Virus record (IMG/VR): IMGVR_UViG_3300028274_000006
Location: 1 to 64,000 of that record
DNA: 64,000 nucleotides
Direction: 5' to 3' (one strand)
DNA from: a virus
Under the pieces are notes generated by a model, which saw only the letters and a program-made list of their open reading frames with translations, was not told the origin of the DNA and made no database searches. The translations under genes and the position numbers were made by a program. Positions 1-9,605 of this stretch are shown in pieces (within the stretch, counting starts at the first letter, position 1; the number at the start of each line of letters is the position of its first letter).

Positions 1-143
1 TTTATTGAGGAATATGGCAAAAGATGTGTTGATGAATTAAATGAAATAAATGATTGGGAAGAGTATGAGGATGTTAAAGAATCATGGGGTTATGCAAATT
101 GGCATAAATCATTAAGAGTGAGTTACCCAAATATAAATGATAA
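1..143 (+). repeat. Direct repeat copy 1 (may extend upstream of the window)
   Basis: Matches 37674-37816 with one mismatch (C103 vs T37776). Confidence 0.95.
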
Positions 144-147
144 CTAA
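1..147 (+). CDS. 3' end of hypothetical protein (homolog of 37476-37820)
   Basis: Frame 1 reads FIEEYGKRCVDE...PNINDN*. Confidence 0.8.
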   Translation, partial: FIEEYGKRCVDELNEINDWEEYEDVKESWGYANWHKSLRVSYPNINDN

Positions 148-493
148 AGAAGATATTAACCAAATAAAAGAAAGTATGGGAGATATGACAAAACAATTTA
201 CCGAGGCTAACTACACCATTAGTTTCATCAACGGACAGCCTGGATTAGTCGTGAGATGCGATGAACCAGCAGAACTAGAAGGAATGGTAGAAGCAATCAA
301 GCCTTATTTCAAGAAGTTTAAAGAAGCAGTAGAGACAAAGGCAGTAGAGAGCGGCCTTACAGCCAAGTGCAAAACCTGTGACGCTATGATGGTCAAGAGA
401 TCAGGCACAAGCGCAAGTGGGAAACCCTGGAACGCTCTAATGTGCCCTAACTCAAAGAAAGGCGAACCAGGTCATGAGCCGGTTTGGTTGTAA
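137..493 (+). CDS. Hypothetical protein with C-terminal zinc ribbon
   Basis: CxxC...C...H; homolog at 37810-38196 (FTEANY.ISFINGQPGLVVR). Confidence 0.7.
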   Translation: MITKEDINQIKESMGDMTKQFTEANYTISFINGQPGLVVRCDEPAELEGMVEAIKPYFKKFKEAVETKAVESGLTAKCKTCDAMMVKRSGTSASGKPWNALMCPNSKKGEPGHEPVWL

Positions 494-713
494 TATGACA
501 CATTTTTTAGCACAAGAATTTTATAAAGCATTGGGAGATAAGAGTACCAACTCTAGATCAATCTATTACTTCATGGCGAGATACGACGTTGGTTACATTG
601 TAGAGAGATCTGGAACTAGACTTTACTCACTAAGCGACTGGAACAAGAAGGTTCCTGAACTGTATAAGATTGAGCAGAAAGATATAGTTGACAACCGTAA
701 AGATACTAAGTAA
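474..713 (+). CDS. Hypothetical protein, possibly DNA-binding
   Basis: ORF in the same slot as the HTH-like gene 38187-38393. Confidence 0.45.
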   Translation: MSRFGCNMTHFLAQEFYKALGDKSTNSRSIYYFMARYDVGYIVERSGTRLYSLSDWNKKVPELYKIEQKDIVDNRKDTK

Positions 714-716
714 TAT
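688..716 (+). promoter_or_regulatory. Sigma70-type promoter
   Basis: TTGACA-17nt-TAATAT; equivalent site at 38380-38408. Confidence 0.6.
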
Positions 717-787
717 TAATATAGCCTATTGAGACAGCGACTAGGACCATAGATACACGGTGGCACCAACGGGTTAGAGAGAACCAA

Positions 788-1018
788 ATGAAACACATCA
801 TCATTTCAGCATTAATAGGAATCCTAGTAGTACTATCCTTCATTGGATACACAGAAAGCCTAAAAGAACACGCTAGAGAGGCCCACGCACAACAAGTAGA
901 ACTCATCAACGAAGTAGCAGAAACATGCGGCACTAAACCTAACAAGTTCTTCATTCAAAATGGAGGCTTCTGGGTAGAGTGCGGTACAGAATTAAAGGAA
1001 GGCTACGATGGGAATTAA
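788..1018 (+). CDS. Small secreted or membrane-anchored protein
   Basis: N-terminal hydrophobic helix, Cys pair. Confidence 0.65.
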   Translation: MKHIIISALIGILVVLSFIGYTESLKEHAREAHAQQVELINEVAETCGTKPNKFFIQNGGFWVECGTELKEGYDGN

Positions 1019-1199
1019 ACTCAAGGATGAGATGACAGTGAAGGATTTGATGGAGATATTTAAAGTATCTAGAACAACCATTGGTAAGTGGGTAAAGAAG
1101 TTTGAGTTAAAGGGAGAGAAAAGAAACATAAAAGGCTATTCGCTTTGGATATTCACTAGAGAACAAGTAGAAAGTTATTTAAAGGAGAAAAATGCTTAA
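1008..1199 (+). CDS. Excisionase/MerR-like HTH protein
   Basis: MTVKDLMEIFKVSRTTIGKW; homolog 39016-39201. Confidence 0.75.
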   Translation: MGIKLKDEMTVKDLMEIFKVSRTTIGKWVKKFELKGEKRNIKGYSLWIFTREQVESYLKEKNA

Positions 1200-1353
1200 A
1201 ATCTTTGAGAGAATCTTAACTAAGTTTCACTGCTGGAGTTGTCCGGTATGTTTTGAGAACAGATTTAAGAACCCCAGGGGAGTTTCCATACACATAGGTA
1301 AAACAAAAGACAAAAATCATATCAAGGCAAGAATAAAATCATGGCGTACATGA
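1192..1353 (+). CDS. Small C2H2-type zinc-finger protein (53 aa, below ORF-track cutoff)
   Basis: CPVC...F...RG..IHIG...H; homolog 39472-39636. Confidence 0.65.
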   Translation: MLKIFERILTKFHCWSCPVCFENRFKNPRGVSIHIGKTKDKNHIKARIKSWRT

Positions 1354-1805
1354 AGAGTGAACAGACTAGCAAGACAATGAGATCACATAGGACCTGTTCT
1401 AAGTGTAAGAAGAACAGAATGATTAAGTTCTACTGTAAACCTACAGCACTTATCTGCAACGACTGTAAGCGTAAGGCAAAGAGAGTAAAGAAACAAAGTA
1501 GTCCAGGCAAGATAAGAGAGAAGAAGGACAAGGTGTGGAGTCAGACAATAAAAGAGAGATCTGCCTGGAAGTGTGAATATTGTGGCAACGAGAAGTATCT
1601 ACACGCTCATCATATCTACACACGCAACAACCACCAGATTAGATGGGATATGGACAACGGCATAGCCCTTTGCGGCGGACATCACACCATGAGTAGTAAG
1701 TTCTCAGCTCACAAGACACCTCTAGAGTTCATAGAATGGATCAAGGAGAAGCGCGGATTAAAGTGGTATGAGAGATTAAGAAGTAAAGCAAGGAAAGTAA
1801 AGTGA
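1341..1805 (+). CDS. HNH nuclease (NinG-like) with N-terminal zinc finger
   Basis: CEYCG...HAHHI...NGIALCGGHH. Confidence 0.75.
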   Translation: MAYMKSEQTSKTMRSHRTCSKCKKNRMIKFYCKPTALICNDCKRKAKRVKKQSSPGKIREKKDKVWSQTIKERSAWKCEYCGNEKYLHAHHIYTRNNHQIRWDMDNGIALCGGHHTMSSKFSAHKTPLEFIEWIKEKRGLKWYERLRSKARKVK

Positions 1806-2161
1806 AGACTATCAGAACACAAGCGCAAATTACTAGTCTTTCAAGCAGAGCCGACGGCTCTCTTAGGCTATCAATAGTAACCCCAGAGCTAAGCTCAGAG
1901 GAGAAGGTGGCTGTAATGGAATTACAGAATCAACTCATTATTGCACTGCTTACTCCTGAAGAGTTTCAGACGGAGGAAATGGTCATAGACAAGGATTTAG
2001 ACGGCAAGAGTCCATCTAACAGGCTTAGGAACGTACTATTTGTATGGTTTAAGAAATTGCAAGAAAAAGAACAGACTAAAGACGATTTTAGCCTATGGTA
2101 TCGCAATAAAATTGAGTCTATAATAGATAGTATCAAGATAAAGATAGAGGACTTAGAATGA
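1802..2161 (+). CDS. Hypothetical phage protein
   Basis: 119-aa ORF overlapping the upstream stop codon. Confidence 0.6.
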   Translation: MKTIRTQAQITSLSSRADGSLRLSIVTPELSSEEKVAVMELQNQLIIALLTPEEFQTEEMVIDKDLDGKSPSNRLRNVLFVWFKKLQEKEQTKDDFSLWYRNKIESIIDSIKIKIEDLE

Positions 2162-2446
2162 GTGAAAAAGAAAGAATCCAAGCCAACATAGAAGCTGAAA
2201 GAGAGAGACTAATTAAAGAGCTAGAGGCTAACATTGAAGCACAGAGAGTCAAACCAGAAGAAGATGATGAATGGCCCTACGACGACGATCTGTGGTTACA
2301 ATTAGTAAGTCAGGGAGCAATGTAATGTTAGGACGTATTCTAACCTTACTAGCATTAGCCTTATTAGCCATGATTTTACTAATGTGGATGAACATATTAT
2401 TACAGGGTGGAGTAACTCCCTGGTAAAAGAAAGGATAAATAACATT

Positions 2447-2599
2447 ATGAAAACGACACCAGAATTGATAGAACTATATACAGTTTGCACTCAATTAGCG
2501 ATGAAGCAAAATCAAACTGTAGGAGAAAAAAACGACTACTACGTTACGTTAGAACAAATAGAATGGATTATTAAAACTGATAAACCTATAAACAAGTAA
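2447..2599 (+). CDS. Small hypothetical protein
   Basis: ATG 2447 after AAGGA, within ORF-track 2384-2599. Confidence 0.45.
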   Translation: MKTTPELIELYTVCTQLAMKQNQTVGEKNDYYVTLEQIEWIIKTDKPINK

Positions 2600-2907
2600 A
2601 TAAACATTAAAGAGAAAGGGTAGTGGGATGAAGAAAATAAAATCAGATAGTGGTTATTTAGGACATAGATACATTTGTATTAAATGTCATGGTGAGGTCA
2701 ATTTCTCAGATAAATACTGTAAGTGGTGTGGCAAGAAACTAACTAAAAAGGAATAATCTATATGAAGAAGATACAAGCCCAAGAACGCAAGAGAATAATG
2801 GATAAGGTGGAGAAAATAGATACTTATTCTCATTATGGGTCGGCATCTGGTGGAGTAGTTAAAGAAAAGATATCAGAAGCTATTACTAACCAAACGGAGG
2901 AGGAATT

Positions 2908-3264
2908 ATGAGTTTAATAAAACACGCAAAAAGAGAATTGGAGCTAGCTGGTCTTTTTGATAAAGACAGCGATTATGATGGAGAGATTGGCAAAGCTGTA
3001 ATGCAACTGATTAGAGTTTTTTCTAAGCAAGGTCATTCTGGTTTTTCAGCAGGAATGACTCTAAGTATTTTTAATAAAGTTGCAAGCTATAAAACACTAA
3101 CTCCTATTACTGGAAACCCAGAGGAATGGATGAATGTTAGTGAAGTAAGTGGTGAACCAATGTGGCAATCAACTAGATGTCCTAGTGTATTTTCCAAAGA
3201 CGGATTAAAAACTTGGTATGACCTAGATGCACCTAAAAAGAAATGGTATCAATTCTGGAAATAA
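2908..3264 (+). CDS. Phage hypothetical protein (GHSGFSA motif)
   Basis: Strong GGAGGAGG RBS; 118 aa. Confidence 0.65.
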   Translation: MSLIKHAKRELELAGLFDKDSDYDGEIGKAVMQLIRVFSKQGHSGFSAGMTLSIFNKVASYKTLTPITGNPEEWMNVSEVSGEPMWQSTRCPSVFSKDGLKTWYDLDAPKKKWYQFWK

Positions 3265-3594
3265 TTTAAGGACTAACTAAAACAACTATGACTAAAATAG
3301 ACAAAGACTATCCAATATTCATTGCCTCACTTCGTTACAAGGATGAGATAAGAAGTCAGATAGAAGAAATGGGATTAAGCAACAGGATTATATGAAGCCA
3401 GAATACTTAATAGCACTTATGTTTATCTTTGTAGCGGCTTGGGCTATACTAGGAACAATCATAATTACACTAATGTTATTTAGAATAATATAATGCACAA
3501 ACTAAGCCCCAAACAAGTCAGGCCAGGATACGACAAGGGATTTATAGATGGATACAACCAAGCAGTAGATGATCACTTAATAGAAAGAGGAGCC

Positions 3595-4356
3595 ATGATT
3601 GGAGTAATCGGACATTCAGGGGTAGTTGGTAAAGCAATTTATAACGCTTTTCCTGGGTCTATTGGCCTAAGTTCTAAAGAGGGAAGCTATGAAGAAATGG
3701 CTAAAGCTGACATAGTGTTTATGGCAGTACCCACTCCAAGCAAGAAGGACGGCAGTATTAACATGGACATCCTTTACAGCTGCATGGATGAAATGCAGAA
3801 GCACAAGACTAAGGAACAAATAGTAGTAGTTAAGTCTACAGTAGTACCAGGAACCAACAAATACCTTACAAGCAATTACGACTTTGAGTTTGTATCATCC
3901 CCTGAATTCTTAACAGAACTAAACGCAGAGACAGACTTCTTAACTCCCGATAGGGTAGTAATAGGAGCTAACTCTAAAGAGGCATTTGATAAGGTAATAG
4001 ATTCGTACAGCAAGATTCTCCCCGATGGAACACAGATAGTTAGATGCAAACCAATAGAAGCAGAGCTAATTAAGTACTACGCCAACTGTTTCCTAGCAAT
4101 GAAGGTAATCTACGCTAACGAGGCTAAGACACTTTGTGATGAAGTAGGAGCTGACTACGACAAGGTCAAACTAGGTGTGTCATTAGATAGTAGAATCGGT
4201 GATTCACATCTAAGCGTAACAGAAAAAGGTGGATACAGCGGCATGTGTTTCCCTAAAGATACTAAGGGATTCTCAGACTATTCAAAGAAAATAGGAATCA
4301 AACAAGAACTAATAGAGACTATGGTAAAACTAAACAAAGAGATACGAGAGAAATAA
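3595..4356 (+). CDS. ugd: UDP-glucose/GDP-mannose dehydrogenase family protein (short form, lacks C-terminal domain)
   Basis: KSTVVPGT, SPEFL, ELIKYYANCFLA, GYSGMCFPKD motifs; likely start ATG 3595 after GAGGAG. Confidence 0.85.
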   Translation: MIGVIGHSGVVGKAIYNAFPGSIGLSSKEGSYEEMAKADIVFMAVPTPSKKDGSINMDILYSCMDEMQKHKTKEQIVVVKSTVVPGTNKYLTSNYDFEFVSSPEFLTELNAETDFLTPDRVVIGANSKEAFDKVIDSYSKILPDGTQIVRCKPIEAELIKYYANCFLAMKVIYANEAKTLCDEVGADYDKVKLGVSLDSRIGDSHLSVTEKGGYSGMCFPKDTKGFSDYSKKIGIKQELIETMVKLNKEIREK

Positions 4357-4375
4357 ATATGGTATAGTGGGATAT

Positions 4376-5683
4376 ATGGCGGAAAAGAAAGATTTTAGTA
4401 AAGTATTGTCTCTTTTTAACTGGAAAGACAACCCCAGAGCTATTAAGCAAGACAGGTTTGAGGAGTTAAAGAATCGCATTAAGCGTCATGGCCAGATTAA
4501 ACCCCTAATAATTACAGAAGAAGGTGAGGTACTAGGTGGCAATATGCGACTTAAAGCCTTTCAGGAACTAGGCATAGAAGAAGCCTGGGTAAGTGTAGTA
4601 CATCCAAAGAATGAGGCAGAGAAGATTGAGATAGCACTCACTGACAATGAGGAGATGGGATACTACGAGGATCAAGCTCTTGCAGAGCTAATTGATAAAT
4701 ACAAAGACGATATAGACTTAACTAAGTACAGCGTACATCTATCACAGCCTAAGAGTTTAGATGAGATACTTAAAGAGTTTTCACCAGACATCAAAGATAG
4801 TTATAGTTTAAAAGATATTTTTATTATCCCCCCATTTAGTGTGCTAGACGCTAGGCTTGGAGATTGGCAGGACAGAAAAAAAGACTGGCTAAGCATAGGT
4901 ATAAAAAGTGAATTGGGTAGAGAAAAAAATATAATGAAAGCTACTAAAGCCCCTTCGTATCAGTCTGGCACTAATACCCACATTGCACCATCAACATCAG
5001 TTTTTGACCCTGTTTTATGTGAAATAAGTTATAAATGGTTTAACGTTAAGGGAGGTAGTGTACTAGACCCATTTTCAGGCGGTAGTGTTAGGGGTGTAGT
5101 AGCTGAAAAACTTGGTTACAAATACACAGGCATTGAGTTAAGTAAGGATCAGGTTGAAGCAAACAGGGTACAAGCAAAAGATATTGGAGTAAGTCCTACG
5201 TGGATACAAGGTGATAGCAACGCTGAATTAGACAAAATAGATGATAAGTATGACATGGTTTTTAGTTGTCCTCCCTATGAGGATTTAGAAGTATATAGTG
5301 ATGACCCCGCAGACATTAGCAACATGAGCCATGATGATTTCAACCAGGCATACAAAAGCATAATTAAAAAGGCAGTTAGTAAGCTAAAAGATGATGGCTT
5401 TGTGGTGTGGGTAGTGGGTGAGGTTAGGGGTAAAAAGGGCTTTTATAACCTACTAATACCAAACACAGTTAAATTTTTTGAGGAGGCTGGTGCGAATTTT
5501 TATAATGAAGTTGTTTTAGTTACGGCCAACGGAACAGCGGGTATGAGAGCCAAGAGATCTTTTCAATCTGGCAGAAAAGTAGTTAAGACACACCAAAACG
5601 TATTAGTTTTCTATAAAGGAGATCCAAAAAAGATTAAGGGCAAGTTTGGTGATGTTGATGTTGATGAACTGCCTATTGATTAG
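4376..5683 (+). CDS. ParB-like domain fused to amino-DNA methyltransferase
   Basis: NPR...GGNMRLKA ParB motif; LDPFSGGS SAM-binding motif; SCPPY catalytic motif. Confidence 0.85.
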   Translation: MAEKKDFSKVLSLFNWKDNPRAIKQDRFEELKNRIKRHGQIKPLIITEEGEVLGGNMRLKAFQELGIEEAWVSVVHPKNEAEKIEIALTDNEEMGYYEDQALAELIDKYKDDIDLTKYSVHLSQPKSLDEILKEFSPDIKDSYSLKDIFIIPPFSVLDARLGDWQDRKKDWLSIGIKSELGREKNIMKATKAPSYQSGTNTHIAPSTSVFDPVLCEISYKWFNVKGGSVLDPFSGGSVRGVVAEKLGYKYTGIELSKDQVEANRVQAKDIGVSPTWIQGDSNAELDKIDDKYDMVFSCPPYEDLEVYSDDPADISNMSHDDFNQAYKSIIKKAVSKLKDDGFVVWVVGEVRGKKGFYNLLIPNTVKFFEEAGANFYNEVVLVTANGTAGMRAKRSFQSGRKVVKTHQNVLVFYKGDPKKIKGKFGDVDVDELPID

Positions 5684-5710
5684 TGTATGCGATAGTGTAT
5701 ACTCGTTAGC

Positions 5711-5881
5711 ATGTACACACTACAAGAAGCAAAACACAAACTGGGCTACGCTAACAGCTCATATATTAGAAAGTTGATAGCAGCTAAAAAGGTTAGGGCA
5801 ATAAAAAAGGGCAATACCTGGATTATTACTCAAGACGAAATGAACAGACTAATGGCACTAAGAGCCGAAAGATTTAATTAA
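5711..5881 (+). CDS. Small excisionase-like HTH protein (56 aa), leaderless
   Basis: MYTLQEAKHKLGYANSSYIRKLIAAKKVRAIKKGNTWII; TATACT 7 nt upstream of the ATG. Confidence 0.7.
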   Translation: MYTLQEAKHKLGYANSSYIRKLIAAKKVRAIKKGNTWIITQDEMNRLMALRAERFN

Positions 5882-5901
5882 GTAATCGGTAATTAAACGG
5901 T

Positions 5902-6174
5902 ATGGCAAAGAAAAACAGCGGACAGTTCAAACCAGGCAACAATGCAAATCCAAATGGTCGCCCTAAGAAGGGCTACTCTATTACTGAATGGTTTAAGGAG
6001 ATGTTAAACTCTAAACCAGAAGTTAAAGATGCTATTGGTAAAAGCATATTAAAAAAAGCATTAGAGGGCGACCAATCAGCTCAAAGAATGGTGTGGAATT
6101 ATATGGATGGTATGCCTAAGCAAGAAGCAGACGTAACAATTAAAGACATCAGGGGTCTAGTGGATGTTAAATGA
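5902..6174 (+). CDS. terS: Terminase small subunit (DUF5681-like)
   Basis: GQFKPGNNANPNGRPK motif; directly upstream of TerL. Confidence 0.7.
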   Translation: MAKKNSGQFKPGNNANPNGRPKKGYSITEWFKEMLNSKPEVKDAIGKSILKKALEGDQSAQRMVWNYMDGMPKQEADVTIKDIRGLVDVK

Positions 6175-7415
6175 CAATAGCAAGATCAGACTGGCAGAAG
6201 AAGGTTTGGGAAGATACTCATAGATACTTAGTTATTAATTGTGGTCGTAGGGCTGGGAAAAGCACCATCGCCTCACTTCGCATGCTTTGGTTTGCTAGTG
6301 AGAATGAGAAAACAACCGTTTGGTATATAGCTCCTACATACAAACAGGCTAAATCTATTATGTGGTCAATGCTTATAGAGTTAATTCCAGAGCAGGTTAT
6401 TAAGAAGAAGAACGAAACAGAGCTAGTGTTTAAGCTAATAAATGGAAGCGAGATACACTTAAAGGGCGCAGACAACCCAGACTCCCTTAGGGGTGTGAGA
6501 ATAGACTTCTGTATCTTTGATGAGGCAGCGTTTATAGATAAGTGGGATGAGGTGTGGAAGGTTACTAGGCCAACGCTAATGGATAGTAAGGCTGACGTAT
6601 GGTTTATCAGTACACCCAACGGATTCAATCACTTTAAAGAACTCTATGAGAGAGTAGATGATGACTGGCAATCATTTCACTTTACTACTTACGACAACCC
6701 ACACATTCCAGAAGAAGAAATATACCAGTCTAAGGTAGAGATGGATGAAGACTCATTTGCTCAGGAAATACTTGGTGAGTTTAAGAAGATGAGTGGATTG
6801 GTGTATAAGTCGTTTAGACGTAACCTACACATGGTAGATATCCCTAAGCTAGATGAAGGATGGAACTACACAAGGGCCATTGACTTTGGGTTTAATCATA
6901 AGACTGCAATAGGATACTTTGCCATTAACAGCGTAGGTAATTTAATCTACATGTACGACGGTCTATACCAACCAGGACTAACCATGCAAGAGACAGCAGA
7001 CATAGTTAAGATCAAGGATGCTGGTAAGGTAATAGCCAACGCAATAGCCGATAGTGCTCAACCCCTATATTTAGAAGAACTTTCACGTGAAGGAGTACAC
7101 TTCAATCCTGTAGTTAAAGGACCAGACAGTGTTCAAATGGGAATCACTAAGGTAGCAGAACTGTTAAAGGTAAGACACGATACTGGTAAGCCAACACTGA
7201 TGTTTAATAAGAACTTAACATGGGTAGCAGATGAGTTTGAGAAGTATCGCTGGATGGAGAATAAGACACAGGGTGTTATTAAGAACGTACCCCTAAAAAG
7301 AGAAGATGACGCCATGGATATGATTAGATACTTTGCTATGAACTACATGGGTGGAGGCAAGAGAGAATACCGACAATCATCTAGGCCACGCTTGACATAC
7401 GGCAGGGTTAGATGA
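6171..7415 (+). CDS. terL: Terminase large subunit
   Basis: Walker A GRRAGKS, Walker B CIFDEAA, STPNG, nuclease IDFG and DDAMD. Confidence 0.95.
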   Translation: MTIARSDWQKKVWEDTHRYLVINCGRRAGKSTIASLRMLWFASENEKTTVWYIAPTYKQAKSIMWSMLIELIPEQVIKKKNETELVFKLINGSEIHLKGADNPDSLRGVRIDFCIFDEAAFIDKWDEVWKVTRPTLMDSKADVWFISTPNGFNHFKELYERVDDDWQSFHFTTYDNPHIPEEEIYQSKVEMDEDSFAQEILGEFKKMSGLVYKSFRRNLHMVDIPKLDEGWNYTRAIDFGFNHKTAIGYFAINSVGNLIYMYDGLYQPGLTMQETADIVKIKDAGKVIANAIADSAQPLYLEELSREGVHFNPVVKGPDSVQMGITKVAELLKVRHDTGKPTLMFNKNLTWVADEFEKYRWMENKTQGVIKNVPLKREDDAMDMIRYFAMNYMGGGKREYRQSSRPRLTYGRVR

Positions 7416-7421
7416 TATTTT
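7392..7421 (+). promoter_or_regulatory. Promoter for portal operon
   Basis: TTGACA-18nt-TATTTT with TG extension; conserved at 42904-42933. Confidence 0.5.
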
Positions 7422-7457
7422 AATGTAAACGGCGGAGCCGTCACCCAAAGAGGTGAT

Positions 7458-9194
7458 ATGGCAAGAAAAAGCAAAGCAAGGTCCAACGAGACTTTAGCAA
7501 AAGAGATAGTTAACAAATACACTCATTCCCTAACCTGGAGACAACCTTTCAAAGAGAAATGGGATCGGTTTTATAAAATGTACCGATCTTACTTGGATGA
7601 CACCAATTACCCTTGGCAGTCTAATGTTTGGGTTCCTTATTCATTTTCAACTGTAGAGACCTTAGCACCTAGAATGGTGGCAAGGCGTCCTCAGATTGAT
7701 GTAATGCCTCGTGAGGCAGCGGATGAAGAGTATGCTGAAATTCAATCTAAGTTAATTGACTTTGAGTGGGAAGCTATGAACGCTGATGACATTATGGAAG
7801 ACGCAGTTAAGTCTCAGTTAATGTATGGCACAGCTATCATCAAGGTCTTTTGGAAAACAGAGACGGCTGAAGTCGTTAAGAAAGAACCAGTAGATGAAAC
7901 CTTCCCAGAACTAGGAATCGTAGAAGAAGAAGTTGAAGAGACAACTTTTGACGGACCAGAGATTGAGCTGATTGACCTTTATGACTTCTTTTGGGATCCA
8001 CGAGCTATTGATATAGAATCATCTCGTTGGGTTGCACACAGAATGTACAGAGGGCTTGATCACTTAAAAGAGTTACAAAAACAAGGTGTTTATAAGAATA
8101 TCTCTCTCTTAGAGAATGCAGCTATAGTATCTGATGATGACCAGAAGGCTCAACGCAGAGGAGTATTGGGCGTTGCTGTTCCAGATTCTCTAGAAGCCAA
8201 TGAAGAGGGTAAGCAGATGATAGAGTTAATTGAGTACTGGGAGAACGACAGAGTAGTCACAGTTGCCAATAGATCTATCGTTGTTAGAGATGAACCAAAC
8301 CCCTATAGACACGGCAAGAAGCCGTTTGTAAGGATTGTGGATCAATCAGTTCCTCACGAGTTCTTAGGCATTGGTGAACTAGAACCTATTGAAACACTAC
8401 AGTATGAGCTTAATGACCGTCGCAATCAGAGAATGGATAACATTACCCTAGCTCTTAACAGAATGTGGAAGGTTAAGAACGGAGCCAATGTAGATGAGGA
8501 TGAGTTAGTAAGTGATGCGGGTGGTGTTGTACATACAGACGACATTAATGGTGTAGAGCCTTTAATAATGCCTGATGTTACCGGATCAAGCTACAACGAA
8601 GAGACTTTAATCAAGGGCGATATTCAACAAACCACAGGAGTCTCAGACTTCACTCGTGGAGTTGGATCTGATGCACTAGCTAATGATACCGCTACTGGTA
8701 TCTCACTCATTCAAGAAGCAGGAAACGCTAGATTTAGACTAAAGATTAGAAACCTTGAGTACGGCATTGAAGAGATTGGTCGCATGATGGTCTCTCTAAA
8801 CGAACAGTTCCTCACTGAGGAAAAAGTAATTCGTATTATGGGAGACGAAGGATTTGAGTGGACAACAATTAAACCAGATGATCTGAGAGGAAATTTTGAT
8901 GTAATGGTACAAAGCGGTTCTACACTTCCAAGCAATGAAGCTGTAGAGCGTAAGCAAACTATGGAGATGTTCCAGATATTTGCAGGTGATCCCGAAGTTA
9001 ATCAACGTGAATTAAAGAAAAGGGTTTTAGAGACCTTTGGTATTAAGAATCTTGATAAACTTTTAACACCTGGCACTGGAGAAGCTCCGCTAGAACAACC
9101 ATTACCCAGCTTGGCGGAGGCTCCAGCCCCAGGACCAGGACAACTAGACCAGCAAGGGATTTTACAAAGCGCATTAGCTCCTGAAAGGGTTTAA
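7458..9194 (+). CDS. Portal protein (P22/podovirus-like)
   Basis: 578 aa after TerL; FFWDP, TGVSD, TATGI motifs. Confidence 0.9.
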   Translation: MARKSKARSNETLAKEIVNKYTHSLTWRQPFKEKWDRFYKMYRSYLDDTNYPWQSNVWVPYSFSTVETLAPRMVARRPQIDVMPREAADEEYAEIQSKLIDFEWEAMNADDIMEDAVKSQLMYGTAIIKVFWKTETAEVVKKEPVDETFPELGIVEEEVEETTFDGPEIELIDLYDFFWDPRAIDIESSRWVAHRMYRGLDHLKELQKQGVYKNISLLENAAIVSDDDQKAQRRGVLGVAVPDSLEANEEGKQMIELIEYWENDRVVTVANRSIVVRDEPNPYRHGKKPFVRIVDQSVPHEFLGIGELEPIETLQYELNDRRNQRMDNITLALNRMWKVKNGANVDEDELVSDAGGVVHTDDINGVEPLIMPDVTGSSYNEETLIKGDIQQTTGVSDFTRGVGSDALANDTATGISLIQEAGNARFRLKIRNLEYGIEEIGRMMVSLNEQFLTEEKVIRIMGDEGFEWTTIKPDDLRGNFDVMVQSGSTLPSNEAVERKQTMEMFQIFAGDPEVNQRELKKRVLETFGIKNLDKLLTPGTGEAPLEQPLPSLAEAPAPGPGQLDQQGILQSALAPERV

Positions 9195-9605
9195 ATGAGT
9201 GACTTTGCGTTTAGGCAGGCATTGCAAACAAATCAACCATCTGGAGAAAGTATTGAGTCTAAAGTAAGGACTACATCAGAAGGAGTGGACTTTGGAGTTA
9301 ATGAATCAAAAGAGGATGTTCCATTCTCTGACTATGAACAGGTGGCAGGACAACCACTCGTAGCAGAGTTCTTTGGACTAGGTCAGGAGTACAACCTAAA
9401 CCAAAGCAATACTAAATCAAAGATAGATGAGGTAACCGGCTTTGTTAACAAGTTTATAGAAGATGGTAGGTTAGAGAATAATGCAGAAACGGGTAAGATG
9501 ATTATAAGTAAGCTATTAGAAGGACTCGGAGAACCAAACGAAGAGCGTGGAGTAAGGCTTGATAGGCTTTATCACTTTGTAATGGCAAAAAGGAAACATG
9601 GCTAG
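9195..9605 (+). CDS. Hypothetical protein, paralog of 17675-18265 and 57387-57926
   Basis: GQPLVAEFFGL vs GQPFVADYFGI and NKPYPMDYFGL. Confidence 0.65.
   Translation: MSDFAFRQALQTNQPSGESIESKVRTTSEGVDFGVNESKEDVPFSDYEQVAGQPLVAEFFGLGQEYNLNQSNTKSKIDEVTGFVNKFIEDGRLENNAETGKMIISKLLEGLGEPNEERGVRLDRLYHFVMAKRKHG

Noticed and set aside
1-143. attL/attR of an integrated prophage
   Set aside because: The repeat lies inside a phage gene; no integrase or host genes flank it in this window.
3493-3594. N-terminal part of UDP-glucose dehydrogenase
   Set aside because: It is the remnant of a separate small gene (homolog at 41198); a strong RBS precedes ATG 3595.
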